Part shown: positions 36,756 through 47,622 of the stretch, one piece after another
Numbering within the stretch: position 1 is the first letter of the stretch
How the letters are laid out: every line of letters starts with the position of its first letter
Source of the DNA: Coraliomargarita sp.
Lineage (GTDB): Bacteria; Verrucomicrobiota; Verrucomicrobiia; Opitutales; Coraliomargaritaceae
DNA length: 64,000 nt
Direction: 5' to 3'
Assembly (NCBI GenBank): GCA_965216325.1
Contig: OZ244160.1
Span: forward strand, 288,001-352,000
The notes under the pieces: model-generated
The model's input: the letters and a program-made list of their open reading frames with translations, nothing else
Database searches by the model: none
What the model was told of the DNA's origin: nothing
Made by a program: the position numbers and the translations under genes

Positions 36756-39557
36756 TTAGTGTGCTTCGAGCCAATTGTCGCCGAGGCCGATTTCGATTTC
36801 GATGGGGCAGGCGAGCTCGAGGGCTTTTTGCATGCCCTCGCTGACGATTTGACGCAGCTGCGCTTCCTCGCTCGGCTCCATGTCGAAGATGAGTTCGTCG
36901 TGCACCTGTAGGAGCATGCGACTTTGCAGGCCTGCTGCTGTAATGGACTTTTGAATACGCACCATGGCCAATTTAATCATATCCGCGGCGGTGCCTTGAA
37001 TGGGCATGTTGATGGCGTTGCGTTCCGCGGCAGCGCGTATGGTGCCGTTGCCGGAGTTGATGTCGCGTAGGTAACGGCGGCGACCACAGACAGTTTCAAC
37101 GTAGCCCTTGCTTTTGGCGCTTTCTTTCTGCGCTTCCATGTAGCCGGGAATGCCGGGGAATTGGGCAAAGTAGCTGTTGATGATTTCCTGTGCTTCGGTG
37201 CGGCTGACCGTGCCGAGGCGTTGCGCGAGGCCAAAGGCTGAGATTCCGTAGGGGATGCCGAAGTTGACCATCTTGGCGGTGCTGCGTTGATTGCGTTCAA
37301 CGGCGTCGGGCTCGACGTCGAAGATCTTTGCAGCGGTTGCAGTGTGGATGTCACGCCCTTCTTTGAAGGCGGTGAGGAGGCCTTCGTCTTTGGTCAGTGC
37401 AGCGAGGATGCGCAGTTCGATCTGCGAGTAGTCCGCGGCGAGGAGTTTCCAGCCCTTGCGTGGGACGAAGGCTTTGCGAATGGCCCGGCCCTGCGAACTG
37501 CGGACAGGGATGTTTTGCAAGTTTGGATCGTTCGAGCTTAGGCGGCCGGTTGCGGTTTGCACCTGGCCGTAGTGGGTGTGCACGCGCCCGCTGACCGCAT
37601 CCACGGCTTGCGGTAACGCATCGATATAAGTGCTCTTTAGCTTGGAGAGTTGGCGATATTCGAGCAGGTCGGCGACGATTTGGTGCTTGGGTGCCAGGCC
37701 GGAGAGGACCTGTTCGTTGGTGGCGTATTGGCCAGTCTTGGTCTTCTTTGGCTTCTCAACTAGCTTGAGTTCGTCGAACAGCACTTCACCGAGTTGCTTG
37801 GGAGAGTTCAGATTGAACTCCCGGCCAGCGGCTTCATACACCGCGCTTTGTAGCGTTGCGATATGATCGCCGAGCGAGTATCCGATCTCTTTGAGTGTGT
37901 CTTCACACATCAGGATGCCTTCGCGTTCCATCGCGACGAGTACGGGGAGCAGCGGAGTTTCAATCTCGAAGAAAATCTTGGCTTGGCCGCTCTCCTCCAG
38001 CTTGGGCTCAAACAGTTGCCAGAGTTGCAGTGCGACGTCGGCGTCTTCGGTCGCGTAGTTGGCGAGGGCCTTGGGATCGACACCGGAGTAGTCGAGCGTT
38101 TCGCCTTTCTTGGCGTCAGGCAGCAGTTCGCTGAAACGCATCGGCGAGTATTGCAGATAATCTTCGGCGAGCGTGTCGAGGTTGTGTCGTTGTTCAGGGT
38201 CGATCAGTGCATGCGCGAGCATGGTGTCGTAGCAGGGGCCTTGGACGTCGCAGTCCTGTTCGGCGAGGATCGCGAGGTCGAACTTCAGGTTGTGCCCGAT
38301 CTTGGTGAGCGAAGTGTCGGCAAAGATGGGGCGCAGGGCGTTGAGGGCTTCCGTGCTGTTGGGCACCCACCAGCCGCTGTGGGCTTTGGTCGAAAAGCTG
38401 AGGCCGACCAGCTCGGCGCTACGTGGATTGAGGGCGGTGGTCTCGGTGTCGAATGCGAAACTGCCGGCTCCCTTGAGTTCGGCGACGAGTTCTGCGTATG
38501 AGCTGGCGCTATTGGCGACGCGGTAGTTGGTCTGGAGGTCGCCGAGTTTCTTAAACGCGACTTCCGGGATCAGGTCGAGTTGGCCAGAGGATGGTGCCGA
38601 ACGGGAGTTCGACGATTCCGCCGCTTTTTCGTCGTCCTCGCTCATTAGCACAAGGTCGTTGGCTGCCTCGGTCGTGGAAAAATCACTGCCGAAGATACGT
38701 TTGCCGAGGGTGCGAAATTCGAACTCGGTGAGCAGGGGGACGAGTTTTTCCTGTTCGGGTGCGTTGAGTTCGAGGTCGGCCCATTGGACTTCAATGGGCA
38801 CGTCGAGCTGAATGGTGGCTAGAGTCTTGGAGAGGCGGGCTTGATCGGCGTTGTCGCGGACTTTCTCCTGTTGCTTGCCCTTCAGCTCGTCGACGTGCTC
38901 AAGCAGGCCCTCGACCGTGTCGTATTTGGCGAGCAGCTTTTCCGCGGTCTTGGGGCCGATACCAGGGACGCCTGGGATGTTGTCAGCGGTGTCGCCACAG
39001 AGTCCGAGCATGTCGATTACCTGGTCGACGCGGGTGATGCCCCATTTTTCTTTGATTTCTTCGACGCCGAGGATTTCGCCGCCGTCGCCTTTGCGTCCGG
39101 GGCGATACATTTTGATCTTTTCGGTGACGAGCTGGCCAAAGTCTTTGTCCGGGGTGACCATGTAGATTTCGTCAAAGCCTTCGGCTTCGGCGCGGTGGGC
39201 GAGGGTGCCGATGATGTCGTCAGCCTCGTAGCCGTTCAATTTCAGCACGGGAATGCCGAATCCTTCGGCTACCCGGTCGAGGTGTGGCATGGCGGCACGC
39301 AGGTCCTCGGGCATTTCCTCGCGGTTGGCCTTATATTCCGGATGGATACGGTGGCGCTCGGTCGGGGCGGAAGTGTCGAATACCACCGCTAGGTGGCTGG
39401 GGTTCTGGTTCTTGATCAGCTCGATGAGGGTGCCCGTGAAACCAAAGATTGCCGAGGTGTTGAAGCCTTTGGAGGTGTAGATCGGGCTGCGAATGAGGGC
39501 GAAGTGCGCGCGGTAGGCCAGCGCCATGCCATCGAGAAGGTAAAGAGACTTTGACAT
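36756..39557 (-). CDS. polA: DNA polymerase I
   Basis: LLDGMALAYRA, EADDIIG, DTETT, TGRLSS, DYSQIELR, QVHDEL. Confidence 0.97.
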   Translation of the reverse strand: MSKSLYLLDGMALAYRAHFALIRSPIYTSKGFNTSAIFGFTGTLIELIKNQNPSHLAVVFDTSAPTERHRIHPEYKANREEMPEDLRAAMPHLDRVAEGFGIPVLKLNGYEADDIIGTLAHRAEAEGFDEIYMVTPDKDFGQLVTEKIKMYRPGRKGDGGEILGVEEIKEKWGITRVDQVIDMLGLCGDTADNIPGVPGIGPKTAEKLLAKYDTVEGLLEHVDELKGKQQEKVRDNADQARLSKTLATIQLDVPIEVQWADLELNAPEQEKLVPLLTEFEFRTLGKRIFGSDFSTTEAANDLVLMSEDDEKAAESSNSRSAPSSGQLDLIPEVAFKKLGDLQTNYRVANSASSYAELVAELKGAGSFAFDTETTALNPRSAELVGLSFSTKAHSGWWVPNSTEALNALRPIFADTSLTKIGHNLKFDLAILAEQDCDVQGPCYDTMLAHALIDPEQRHNLDTLAEDYLQYSPMRFSELLPDAKKGETLDYSGVDPKALANYATEDADVALQLWQLFEPKLEESGQAKIFFEIETPLLPVLVAMEREGILMCEDTLKEIGYSLGDHIATLQSAVYEAAGREFNLNSPKQLGEVLFDELKLVEKPKKTKTGQYATNEQVLSGLAPKHQIVADLLEYRQLSKLKSTYIDALPQAVDAVSGRVHTHYGQVQTATGRLSSNDPNLQNIPVRSSQGRAIRKAFVPRKGWKLLAADYSQIELRILAALTKDEGLLTAFKEGRDIHTATAAKIFDVEPDAVERNQRSTAKMVNFGIPYGISAFGLAQRLGTVSRTEAQEIINSYFAQFPGIPGYMEAQKESAKSKGYVETVCGRRRYLRDINSGNGTIRAAAERNAINMPIQGTAADMIKLAMVRIQKSITAAGLQSRMLLQVHDELIFDMEPSEEAQLRQIVSEGMQKALELACPIEIEIGLGDNWLEAH

Positions 39558-39669
39558 GGGGAAGAACGTCGAACATCGAACGCTCGACGTCGAACCCTGA
39601 ATTGGATTTGGGCACAAAAAAGCCCTTCCACAGTGGAAGGGCTAGAAAGTTGAAAATCAGCGCAGAGGC

Positions 39670-39829
<160 letters not shown>

Positions 39830-40081
39830 ATGGGCTCCTTGTTAAAAAGTGAAAGCGGGCGAATAAATGGGTCGGCGAGGCAAAGATCAAGGACTAATTT
39901 GCAGGTTTTTCTGGGGGATTTTATCACTTAGGGCAGTTCAATTTTCATCTCTTAATCATAATCTTACTCTTAATCGTAATCCTCGACCTACTTAGAGGAG
40001 ATTAAGATTAAGAGTAGGAGTAAGATTAAGAGGTTTGCTCAAATCCTTTACAGGAGCGTCAATAGCGGCCAAGCAAAGAGT

Positions 40082-40468
40082 GTGCTTTTGATTTTTGTAG
40101 TTATAGGCTGCGCTCTCGGTGGAGTGTTGCGCTATCTGCTCATGACAGCGGTGACCCATCGTTTCGGCGATGCGTTTCCGTGGGGGACGCTGGTGGTCAA
40201 CACTTTGGGCAGTTTTCTGCTGGGGCTGGTGTTGGGGCTCGGCTTTCACCTCGAAGAGAGCTGGCAGCATATGGACAAGTTGCACGCGACCGCTGCGATC
40301 GGTTTTTGTGGAGGCCTGACAACGTTTTCGACCTTCAGCCTGCAGACTTTGTCGCTGCTTTCGCAGGGGCGGAAAGATCGTGTTGCCTACAATGTGTTCG
40401 GCAGCGTGTTGGTGTGCTGTTTTGCGGTGCTGCTGGGCTACTGGCTGGGGCAGGAGGTGCTCGGATGA
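40082..40468 (+). CDS. crcB: Fluoride channel Fluc/CrcB (subunit 1)
   Basis: FPWGTLVVN, GFCGGLTTFSTF. Confidence 0.92.
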   Translation: MLLIFVVIGCALGGVLRYLLMTAVTHRFGDAFPWGTLVVNTLGSFLLGLVLGLGFHLEESWQHMDKLHATAAIGFCGGLTTFSTFSLQTLSLLSQGRKDRVAYNVFGSVLVCCFAVLLGYWLGQEVLG

Positions 40469-40860
40469 AGCTTCTTTTCTGGATTGCGCTCGGGAGTGGG
40501 CTCGGGGGCGCGTGCCGCTATGGTCTCGATGAGTTGGCGCTGGCGCTTAAAGGTGATGCTTTTCCGCTTTCCACACTCTTTATCAACATCACGGGGTCCT
40601 TGTTGATTGGTCTGCTCGCGGGGCGTTGGGCGATGGGGGGCGCGGCTAAACCACCGGCAGAGCGCTGGCATTTCTGGATGACAGGGGTCTGTGGCGGCTA
40701 CACGACTTTTTCGACTTTCAGTTGGCAGCTTCTGGATATGATGCAACTTGGCCACGGCCAAGCGGCTGGGTTTTATGGCGCCGCGAGTGTCGGATTCGGT
40801 TTGGTTGCGGTCTGGTTGGGCTTATCCCTGAGCGTGAGACGGCAGGTGGCGGTGAATTAG
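40465..40860 (+). CDS. crcB: Fluoride channel Fluc/CrcB (subunit 2)
   Basis: ATGA overlap with subunit 1; FPLSTLFIN, TGVCGGYTTFSTF. Confidence 0.92.
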   Translation: MKLLFWIALGSGLGGACRYGLDELALALKGDAFPLSTLFINITGSLLIGLLAGRWAMGGAAKPPAERWHFWMTGVCGGYTTFSTFSWQLLDMMQLGHGQAAGFYGAASVGFGLVAVWLGLSLSVRRQVAVN

Positions 40861-40948
40861 TCTTTTGCTACACTCGAACAGTAAAGTTCTGGTTGCTTGC
40901 ATTTGAAGTTTCTCTGAGTCAATCGCTTGCAGATTTGTTGAGATTACC

Positions 40949-41431
40949 ATGGCGTATGAATTATGCGAACTGGGGTGCACTGCGATTGCCTACGAGGAGA
41001 TTCAAGAGCCCGGTGGAGAGTTCCCTTTGCTTGCACCGATGTCGCGGATTGCTGGGCAGCTTTCGGTGCATCTTGGTTCGGTCTATCTATTACAGCAGTA
41101 TGGCGGAAAGGGACTTTTGCTCGGTGAAGATGTGAGGCGGATGTCGCAGGGCTCAGTGATTGTAGATATTGCAATCGATCAGGGGGGCTGTGTTGAAACG
41201 AGTCATCCCACTACGTTTGATGCTCCCATTTATGTTGAAGAGGGGGTGGTTCACTGTTCGGTGCGCAACCTCCCTGTCGCCGTGTCACAAACGGCTAGCT
41301 GTGACTTGTCCGAGGCGAGCTTGCCTTATGTTGAACGAATCGCCCAGTTGGAACCAGCCGAGTTGTGTTTGGATCCGATGCTCAAGCCGGCCATTTGTAT
41401 TGTGGATGGCCATGTATTAGCGGCGCCGTGA
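40949..41431 (+). pseudogene. ald: Alanine dehydrogenase remnant (N-terminus and NAD-binding core missing)
   Basis: AIAYE..PLLAPMS..GGKGLLLG fused directly to GSVIVDIAIDQGGC. Confidence 0.85.
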
Positions 41432-41540
41432 ACCCGGTGAGCTATTTTAGTAAGAGGCACTGCTCAATTTTATAGTTGTTGCTAGCATTCTTGGTGGATG
41501 ATTCGGATTACCATTGTGATTCAGATTAAGAGCGTGAAGG

Positions 41541-42446
41541 GTGGCGTGGATGGCTGATTTCAATGCACCGATTCTATTCTTTAACCGCGCGACACAGAGG
41601 CTCGAAACCGAGGATGTCTATGGCGAGGGCTTCTTGCGCTGGGCTTATGGCAATCCGCTTGGGCGTTTGACGGTCTCGGTAGCGGTGCAGCGCGCGTGGT
41701 TCTCCCGCTGGTATGGGTGGCGGATGGATCGTCCAGTGAGTCGCCAGAAGATCGCCCCCTTTCTTGAGGAGTTTGGTTTGGATGTTGGCGAGTTTGCGGA
41801 TCCCGTCGAAAGCTATGCGACCTTTAATGAGTTCTTTTATCGAAAGTTGAAAGCGGATGCGCGCCCACTGGCAGAATCCGAAGTTGTGTTTCCAGCGGAT
41901 GGCCGACATCTCGCGATCCCGGATGCGTCGGTACAGGACACGTTCTATATCAAGGGGCAGCGTTTTGATCTGGGCGCTTTCATCGGCGATGATGACCTCG
42001 CCAGAGACTTCGAGGGCGGCTCGATATTGATCTCGCGTTTGTGCCCGGTGGACTATCACCGTTTTCATTTCCCAGTCGCTGGGCAGGCGGGGGCGGCTCA
42101 GTTGCTACCCGGTAGCTTGCGCTCGGTGAGTCCGCTAGCGCTACGCCGGAACCTCTCGATTCTCTGGGAGAATCGGCGGGAGCGCACGCTGGTAGAAACG
42201 GAAAACCTTGGCAAGGTGCTGGTGATGGAGATCGGTGCAACCTGTGTGGGCGGCATTCATCAGACTTACCAGACTGGCTCGATCGCTAAGGGTACCGAGA
42301 AAGGCTACTTCTCCTTTGGGGGCTCCTGTGTCACGACAGTTTTTCAGAGGGGCGCGGTTGAGTTCGACGACGATCTAATCGAGCACTCTGCCACGGGGAT
42401 CGAAGTGTACGCTAAGATGGGGGAGTGTTGCGCTATACGAAGCTGA
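41541..42446 (+). CDS. psd: Phosphatidylserine decarboxylase
   Basis: [31 protein letters not shown] self-cleavage site. Confidence 0.93.
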   Translation: MAWMADFNAPILFFNRATQRLETEDVYGEGFLRWAYGNPLGRLTVSVAVQRAWFSRWYGWRMDRPVSRQKIAPFLEEFGLDVGEFADPVESYATFNEFFYRKLKADARPLAESEVVFPADGRHLAIPDASVQDTFYIKGQRFDLGAFIGDDDLARDFEGGSILISRLCPVDYHRFHFPVAGQAGAAQLLPGSLRSVSPLALRRNLSILWENRRERTLVETENLGKVLVMEIGATCVGGIHQTYQTGSIAKGTEKGYFSFGGSCVTTVFQRGAVEFDDDLIEHSATGIEVYAKMGECCAIRS

Positions 42447-42468
42447 ATCAGCCCAGCCCTACCAGCTG

Positions 42469-42954
42469 CTAGAGGCTCCAGAGGTAGCTGTGCTTCTGTG
42501 CAAATTCCTGGCCGTCGGGACCATTGATTGTGAAGCGCCATGCTGACGGCTTGATGCTGGTGCCATGTGTCCATGCCTCACCGGTCAGCCCTAGGAAGAT
42601 TTCTTTGGTGCGTGGTCGTTTGGTTGGCAAGGGAAACTGGTATTCGACTGCTTCAGTTGAGTCTGGAGTGAAGAACTCGCCTTTGATGACAGTGCCTTGT
42701 GGCATTTTGTTGAGCTTCGTGTCGAAGGAGAGTACAAAGTAGAATCCATCACGGACTTGTGGATCTGTTCGGACGATGACGCGATTACCCGTATACTCTG
42801 CACCGGTGCGATATTCATGCACGCGTTTGAAAGTCTCTTCAGCAATGAAGCGTGGAGATATATCGGTGATTTCGACTGAGGTAATGGCCTCTTTTGGGGT
42901 CGAGGAGCAGGCGGTCAAAAACAGGCTAAGGCAGGCGAGCAGGAAAATACGCAT
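42469..42954 (-). CDS. Hypothetical lipoprotein
   Basis: LFLTAC lipobox. Confidence 0.7.
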   Translation of the reverse strand: MRIFLLACLSLFLTACSSTPKEAITSVEITDISPRFIAEETFKRVHEYRTGAEYTGNRVIVRTDPQVRDGFYFVLSFDTKLNKMPQGTVIKGEFFTPDSTEAVEYQFPLPTKRPRTKEIFLGLTGEAWTHGTSIKPSAWRFTINGPDGQEFAQKHSYLWSL

Positions 42955-43011
42955 GGGCGTTTAGATTCTTGAGCACGCGGGCCTTGTCAATGCCCGCTTC
43001 GCTTAGACTGG

Positions 43012-43290
43012 CTAAATGTCACGTTTACGAATGAGAACCTTACCCTCATACATCCAGCGGTTCACTCGAGCGCTGCCACGAGTAATGCGTTTCTTAACGA
43101 ATTCGATCCGGCGTATTACGCCATCAACGCTAAGGCGGCAGGTGTAGCTTGTTTCAGCCCACTCATCTGGGTCGGGCAAGAGTGTCGTGGCTTCGCGCAG
43201 TTGGGAGAGATTGGGAGTAAATTTGAATGCTTCCTCCTTCTGGCGGCTTTGGGAGCTTCGGCTTGAACTGGTTTCTGATTTTGAACGCAT
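43012..43290 (-). CDS. Hypothetical protein
   Basis: ORF with plausible codon usage; no recognised motif. Confidence 0.6.
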   Translation of the reverse strand: MRSKSETSSSRSSQSRQKEEAFKFTPNLSQLREATTLLPDPDEWAETSYTCRLSVDGVIRRIEFVKKRITRGSARVNRWMYEGKVLIRKRDI

Positions 43291-43416
43291 AGGGGAATGT
43301 TATATTTCACTGAATGAGGGGCATCTCTGGCAACGGAAAAGCATAAAAGCTGACTTCTTTTCAAAATTCACTTGATTTCGGACGGCTACTTCTCCTTTTT
43401 GTCACCTTCTTTTTAA

Positions 43417-43490
<74 letters not shown>

Positions 43491-43659
43491 TGCTTCGCTC
43501 TGCGAGCTACGCATGGCGCAGCCATCCTAAGCTTGCAGTTGAGAAAGCTTGCTCTACATAGCTGAAAGCGACGCAGAGTTGAACCATGGGGATGGGGGTA
43601 TCCTAAAATGTATTACACATACATCTTGCGGTCTTTTCAGGAGTGGAGCGGGCAAATCA

Positions 43660-43734
43660 CGAGTGATTAATATCGTGCTCTGTTTTCTGTTTGGGATTCC
43701 CGCGGTGATTCATGCACTGCTGGTGGTTCTTTAA
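43660..43734 (+). pseudogene. Possible YqaE/Pmp3-family C-terminal fragment
   Basis: INIVLCFLFGIPAVIHALLVV resembles the Pmp3 C-terminus; no matching N-terminus seen. Confidence 0.45.
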
Positions 43735-43860
43735 CGGGAACAAGCGCGAACTGAGTCGGGCAAGGGTGCAGCTTCAGTTGCACCTTTTGTGTTTCGGGAT
43801 AAATCCCTTGCCTCCTCCTGATCGCTGACTTCTGATTCCAGCTCTCTGACCTCTGAATTT

Positions 43861-44433
43861 ATGGACCTCATCACTAATGCCGGCATTTTTGCCTATCCTC
43901 TAGTCGTCTTTTCGTTTATCGCGGTGTTCATTACGGTGGAGCGGTTGATTGCGCTGCGTAACTCCAGTGTCATTCCCAGGCACATGGTGGAGGCTTTTGT
44001 GGAGAGTCGGATTGAGGACATGGAGGCCGATACCAAATCAGTGATGGGGCGTGTGGTTACCTTTTTTCGCGAACGTAGCCCAGACCCGGATGCCTTGAAT
44101 GCCTTTGCCCGCCTCGAAGTCACGCGCATGGAGCGTGGTGTCTTTCTGCTGGAAATTGTGGTTGGTGCGTCACCGCTACTTGGTTTGCTGGGCACAGTTA
44201 CCGGTTTGACTCAAGTATTCGGCGGGTTTTCGGCAGAAACCGGTTTGCCGGACCCCGGTGTCTTCATTCAGGGCATCGCTTTGGCTCTGAATACAACAAT
44301 TCTCGGGCTTGCAGTGGCGATTCCTGCCTTGGTGGCGCATGCCTACCTCATGCGTCGGATCGATTCCCTCGCGGCTCGTATCAACGTGGGCGTTGAGTGC
44401 CTGACTGAATTGAGTGAAAAGAAGTCTGCCTAA
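43861..44433 (+). CDS. exbB: MotA/TolQ/ExbB proton channel
   Basis: SPLLGLLGTVTG, GIALALNTT. Confidence 0.9.
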   Translation: MDLITNAGIFAYPLVVFSFIAVFITVERLIALRNSSVIPRHMVEAFVESRIEDMEADTKSVMGRVVTFFRERSPDPDALNAFARLEVTRMERGVFLLEIVVGASPLLGLLGTVTGLTQVFGGFSAETGLPDPGVFIQGIALALNTTILGLAVAIPALVAHAYLMRRIDSLAARINVGVECLTELSEKKSA

Positions 44434-44435
44434 GC

Positions 44436-44843
44436 ATGAGACAGAACGGCAGTCTAGTGAATCGGAAACGTCGCCAGCCGACGATCAACATTGTGCCGCT
44501 GGTTGATGTGCTGACGGTGTTGGTCTTCTTCTTCATGGTGACCATGCAGTTCAAGACCATGAGCGCTTTGAACATTACTGCGCCTGAGATTAAGTCTGCC
44601 GGTAAGAACGAGATCTCAGAGCAGATCGTGATTGCAGTAAACAAGGAGGGCGCAATGTACCTGAACGATCGTCTGGTGACCCTCGAGCAACTTGAAGCGG
44701 CAGTAGTCCTCGCGGGCGAAGCAACACCGAATATACCAGTGTTGTTGATTGCAGACGAGGATGCGCCGCTGAAGCATGTGACCTCAGTGATGGATACCTG
44801 CCGATTGAATAAGCTGAACAAGATCCGTTTGCAGTCGCGCTAG
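44436..44843 (+). CDS. exbD: ExbD/TolR biopolymer transport protein
   Basis: INIVPLVDV, IADE. Confidence 0.9.
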   Translation: MRQNGSLVNRKRRQPTINIVPLVDVLTVLVFFFMVTMQFKTMSALNITAPEIKSAGKNEISEQIVIAVNKEGAMYLNDRLVTLEQLEAAVVLAGEATPNIPVLLIADEDAPLKHVTSVMDTCRLNKLNKIRLQSR

Positions 44844-44946
44844 TCCGTTATTCCTGCGATTTGGTGATATCCGCCAGATTGACAAGTAATTGACGGAAAC
44901 ATTAGCCTTGGTGGCTTGTCGGCAATGTTATTGCCGTTAATGAACA

Positions 44947-45918
44947 ATGAATACATCCACAACCCCAGTAGCTGAAACACTCCAAACTGTCCGTGATCGT
45001 GTCGGACAAGTTGTTGTGGGGCAGGAAAATTTAGTTGAGCGCCTTTTGCTTGCTTTGCTGTGCAATGGCCATGTCCTGCTTGAAGGTGTGCCCGGAGTGG
45101 CGAAGACCTTGACTGTTAATAGTATCGCTAAGGCAGTGCATGCCGAGTTCAGCCGAATTCAGTTTACACCCGACCTGTTGCCCGGGGATTTGACCGGGAC
45201 ACTGGTCTATGATCCGCGTGAGCATAGCTTCACTCCGGAAAAAGGCCCGATCTTTGCCAATTTACTCCTCGCGGACGAAGTGAACCGTGCGCCGGCTAAG
45301 GTGCAAAGTGCATTGCTGGAAGCGATGCAGGAAAAGCAGGTTACGCTGGGCAAGGAGACCTTTCAGTTGCCGAAGCCATTCCTCGTCTTGGCGACTCAGA
45401 ATCCGATCGAACAGGAGGGCACCTACATGCTTCCGGAGGCCCAGGTGGACCGCTTCATGTTCAAGCTCAAGGTCGGCTACCCCTCGATGGATGAGGAGTT
45501 GATCGTTATGCAGCGCATGGCCCGTGCTGAGCCAATGCTTGAGATTGAGCCGGTGCTTACGATTGAAGGTCTTATGGGGATGCGGGCTGAGATGGAGAAG
45601 GTCTTCATCGATGAGAAGGTGGAGAAATACATCCTTCGCCTCGTCGATGCGACCCGTCATCCGGAGAACTATGGTTTGGATGTTTCCAAGTATGTGCGCT
45701 TTGGCGCATCGCCGCGTGCTTCGATCTATCTGTCATTAGCTGCACGTGGCCATGCATTGATGCAAGGGCGTGATTATGCGACTCCGCAAGATGTGAAGGA
45801 TGTTGCGCACGATGTGCTGCGTCACCGTATGGCTATTTCCTACCGTGCCGAGGCTGAGTCGATCACATCCGATGACTTGCTGGATCAAATGCTCAAGCAA
45901 GTGCCGGTCGTCGAGTAA
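44947..45918 (+). CDS. moxR: MoxR-family AAA+ ATPase
   Basis: GVPGVAKT, RIQFTPDL, DEVNRA, ATQNPIE. Confidence 0.95.
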   Translation: MNTSTTPVAETLQTVRDRVGQVVVGQENLVERLLLALLCNGHVLLEGVPGVAKTLTVNSIAKAVHAEFSRIQFTPDLLPGDLTGTLVYDPREHSFTPEKGPIFANLLLADEVNRAPAKVQSALLEAMQEKQVTLGKETFQLPKPFLVLATQNPIEQEGTYMLPEAQVDRFMFKLKVGYPSMDEELIVMQRMARAEPMLEIEPVLTIEGLMGMRAEMEKVFIDEKVEKYILRLVDATRHPENYGLDVSKYVRFGASPRASIYLSLAARGHALMQGRDYATPQDVKDVAHDVLRHRMAISYRAEAESITSDDLLDQMLKQVPVVE

Positions 45919-46012
45919 GCGAAAGCTCTCTTAATCCTAATCGTAAGCTTAATCTCAACGCTGCCGCAAAGATTAGGATTATGCTTAAAAGTAAGATTAA
46001 GACTGTTGTAGA

Positions 46013-46882
46013 ATGTTAGACGAAATCGAAAGTCGCCTCAACTTGCTGGAGATGAAGTGCCGCCGTCCGGTGGAGCACTTGTTGGCCGGTGAGTATCGCT
46101 CGGTCTTCCGTGGTCGCGGAGTCGAGTTTGAGGATGTGCGCGTCTACCAACCGGGGGACGATGTGCGCACGATGGACTGGAAGGTGACTGCGCGCACAGG
46201 TGAAGCGCACATCAAGCGCTATATCGAAGAGCGTGAACAGTTCATTTATCTGTTAGTCGATATGTCGGCATCCATACTCCACGATCACGAGGGCTGTAAG
46301 CGCCAGGCGATGGTGGAGCTTTGTTCGCTGTTAACGATGGCAGCGATCAAGAATCAGGATCGTGTTGGTTTGATTCTCTTTACCGATCAGATCGAGCAAG
46401 TGGTGCCGCCTGGCAAGGGCCGCAGTCATGCCATGCGGATCATGGATGAGTTGATGAACTTTCAGCCGAAGGCGAAGGGCACCGACTTTGTTGAAATGCT
46501 GGGGCGTTTCGGGCATATGGCCCGCAAGCACTCGATTGCTTTCGTGGTCTCGGACTTTTTGACGGACGACTATGTGCGTGAACTTCAAGCCTTGGCCTTT
46601 AAGCATGACATCAATGCGATCCACATTGCTGGTGATGAGTTGCAGGAGGGGGGCACCACGGGTCTTGTGCGTATGGAAGATGCTGAGACGGGGGAGCAAC
46701 GTGTGGTCGATCTCACCCCGTGTGATGTGAATGCGCCTGTCCACACTGAACGCCTAAAGCAAGAGATGCTCGAGTCCGGCGTGAACTTGCTAAATCTCAA
46801 GCTGGGAGATGACTGCGTGGAAGCCCTGGCACGTTTTTTTCATGCACGTCAGCGACAGGAGGCAGACGAGACGGGAGGCTGA
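46013..46882 (+). CDS. DUF58 (vWA-like) protein
   Basis: GRGVEF..YQPGDDVR.MDWKVTAR. Confidence 0.92.
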   Translation: MLDEIESRLNLLEMKCRRPVEHLLAGEYRSVFRGRGVEFEDVRVYQPGDDVRTMDWKVTARTGEAHIKRYIEEREQFIYLLVDMSASILHDHEGCKRQAMVELCSLLTMAAIKNQDRVGLILFTDQIEQVVPPGKGRSHAMRIMDELMNFQPKAKGTDFVEMLGRFGHMARKHSIAFVVSDFLTDDYVRELQALAFKHDINAIHIAGDELQEGGTTGLVRMEDAETGEQRVVDLTPCDVNAPVHTERLKQEMLESGVNLLNLKLGDDCVEALARFFHARQRQEADETGG

Positions 46883-46884
46883 TA

Positions 46885-47622
46885 ATGCGGGGTCTAGTGA
46901 TCAGTTTATTGCTGTTGCCGATTGTTGCGATTGCGTATCCGCGCGAAGTGGAGTTTGGCTGGTCGCGGTCGGAGTGTCGTCCGGGAGATGTTATTGAGCT
47001 GCGTGCCAGTGGCGTCTTCGACGAACTGACAAGTTACGAGCTTCGCTTGCCGCAGCATAAAGATCTGCACCTCGTCGCGCATCAGCGCCATCCAGTTCAC
47101 TATGAGGATGGTGTTTATTCACAGCGCGATGTTTGGCTGCTGCAACCGAAGGCCGCAGGCACGATCCAGTTGGAGACTGTTCGTGTTATTTTGCGAACAG
47201 GAGGGGCCGTCACCGAGGAGGAGCGGGCGGTTCCAGCGTTACTCGTTGAGGCTTATTCGGATCCAGCAGATAGCAATGCACCCCAGTTGCTGGGAGACGA
47301 TGAAGCTATAACCGAAGAGACTGCTCCAATCTGGTGGGTGATTCTTTTGTGTGCTGTGGTTCCGGTGGTGCTGTTGTTCCTCTATTTACGTAAGCAGGAG
47401 CTTACAGATGCACCGGAGCAAGTATCCGTGGTGTCACTTGCAACTGTCCGCTCGAGCTTGGCTGAAGGCACTGTTCCGGTTGAGCAGATCGAACGACTCT
47501 TGGCAGATGGTTCGCAGCAATTGTCGGCGTCTCAGCGTGTTGCCTTGGAGTCTGCTATATATGGCCAGTCTACGGATGTTGCAGCTCTGTTGGCTGAACT
47601 AGCGAAGGAGGGGGTGGTATGA
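46885..47622 (+). CDS. Hypothetical BatD-like membrane protein
   Basis: Signal peptide plus TM segment; Bat-operon position. Confidence 0.6.
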   Translation: MRGLVISLLLLPIVAIAYPREVEFGWSRSECRPGDVIELRASGVFDELTSYELRLPQHKDLHLVAHQRHPVHYEDGVYSQRDVWLLQPKAAGTIQLETVRVILRTGGAVTEEERAVPALLVEAYSDPADSNAPQLLGDDEAITEETAPIWWVILLCAVVPVVLLFLYLRKQELTDAPEQVSVVSLATVRSSLAEGTVPVEQIERLLADGSQQLSASQRVALESAIYGQSTDVAALLAELAKEGVV

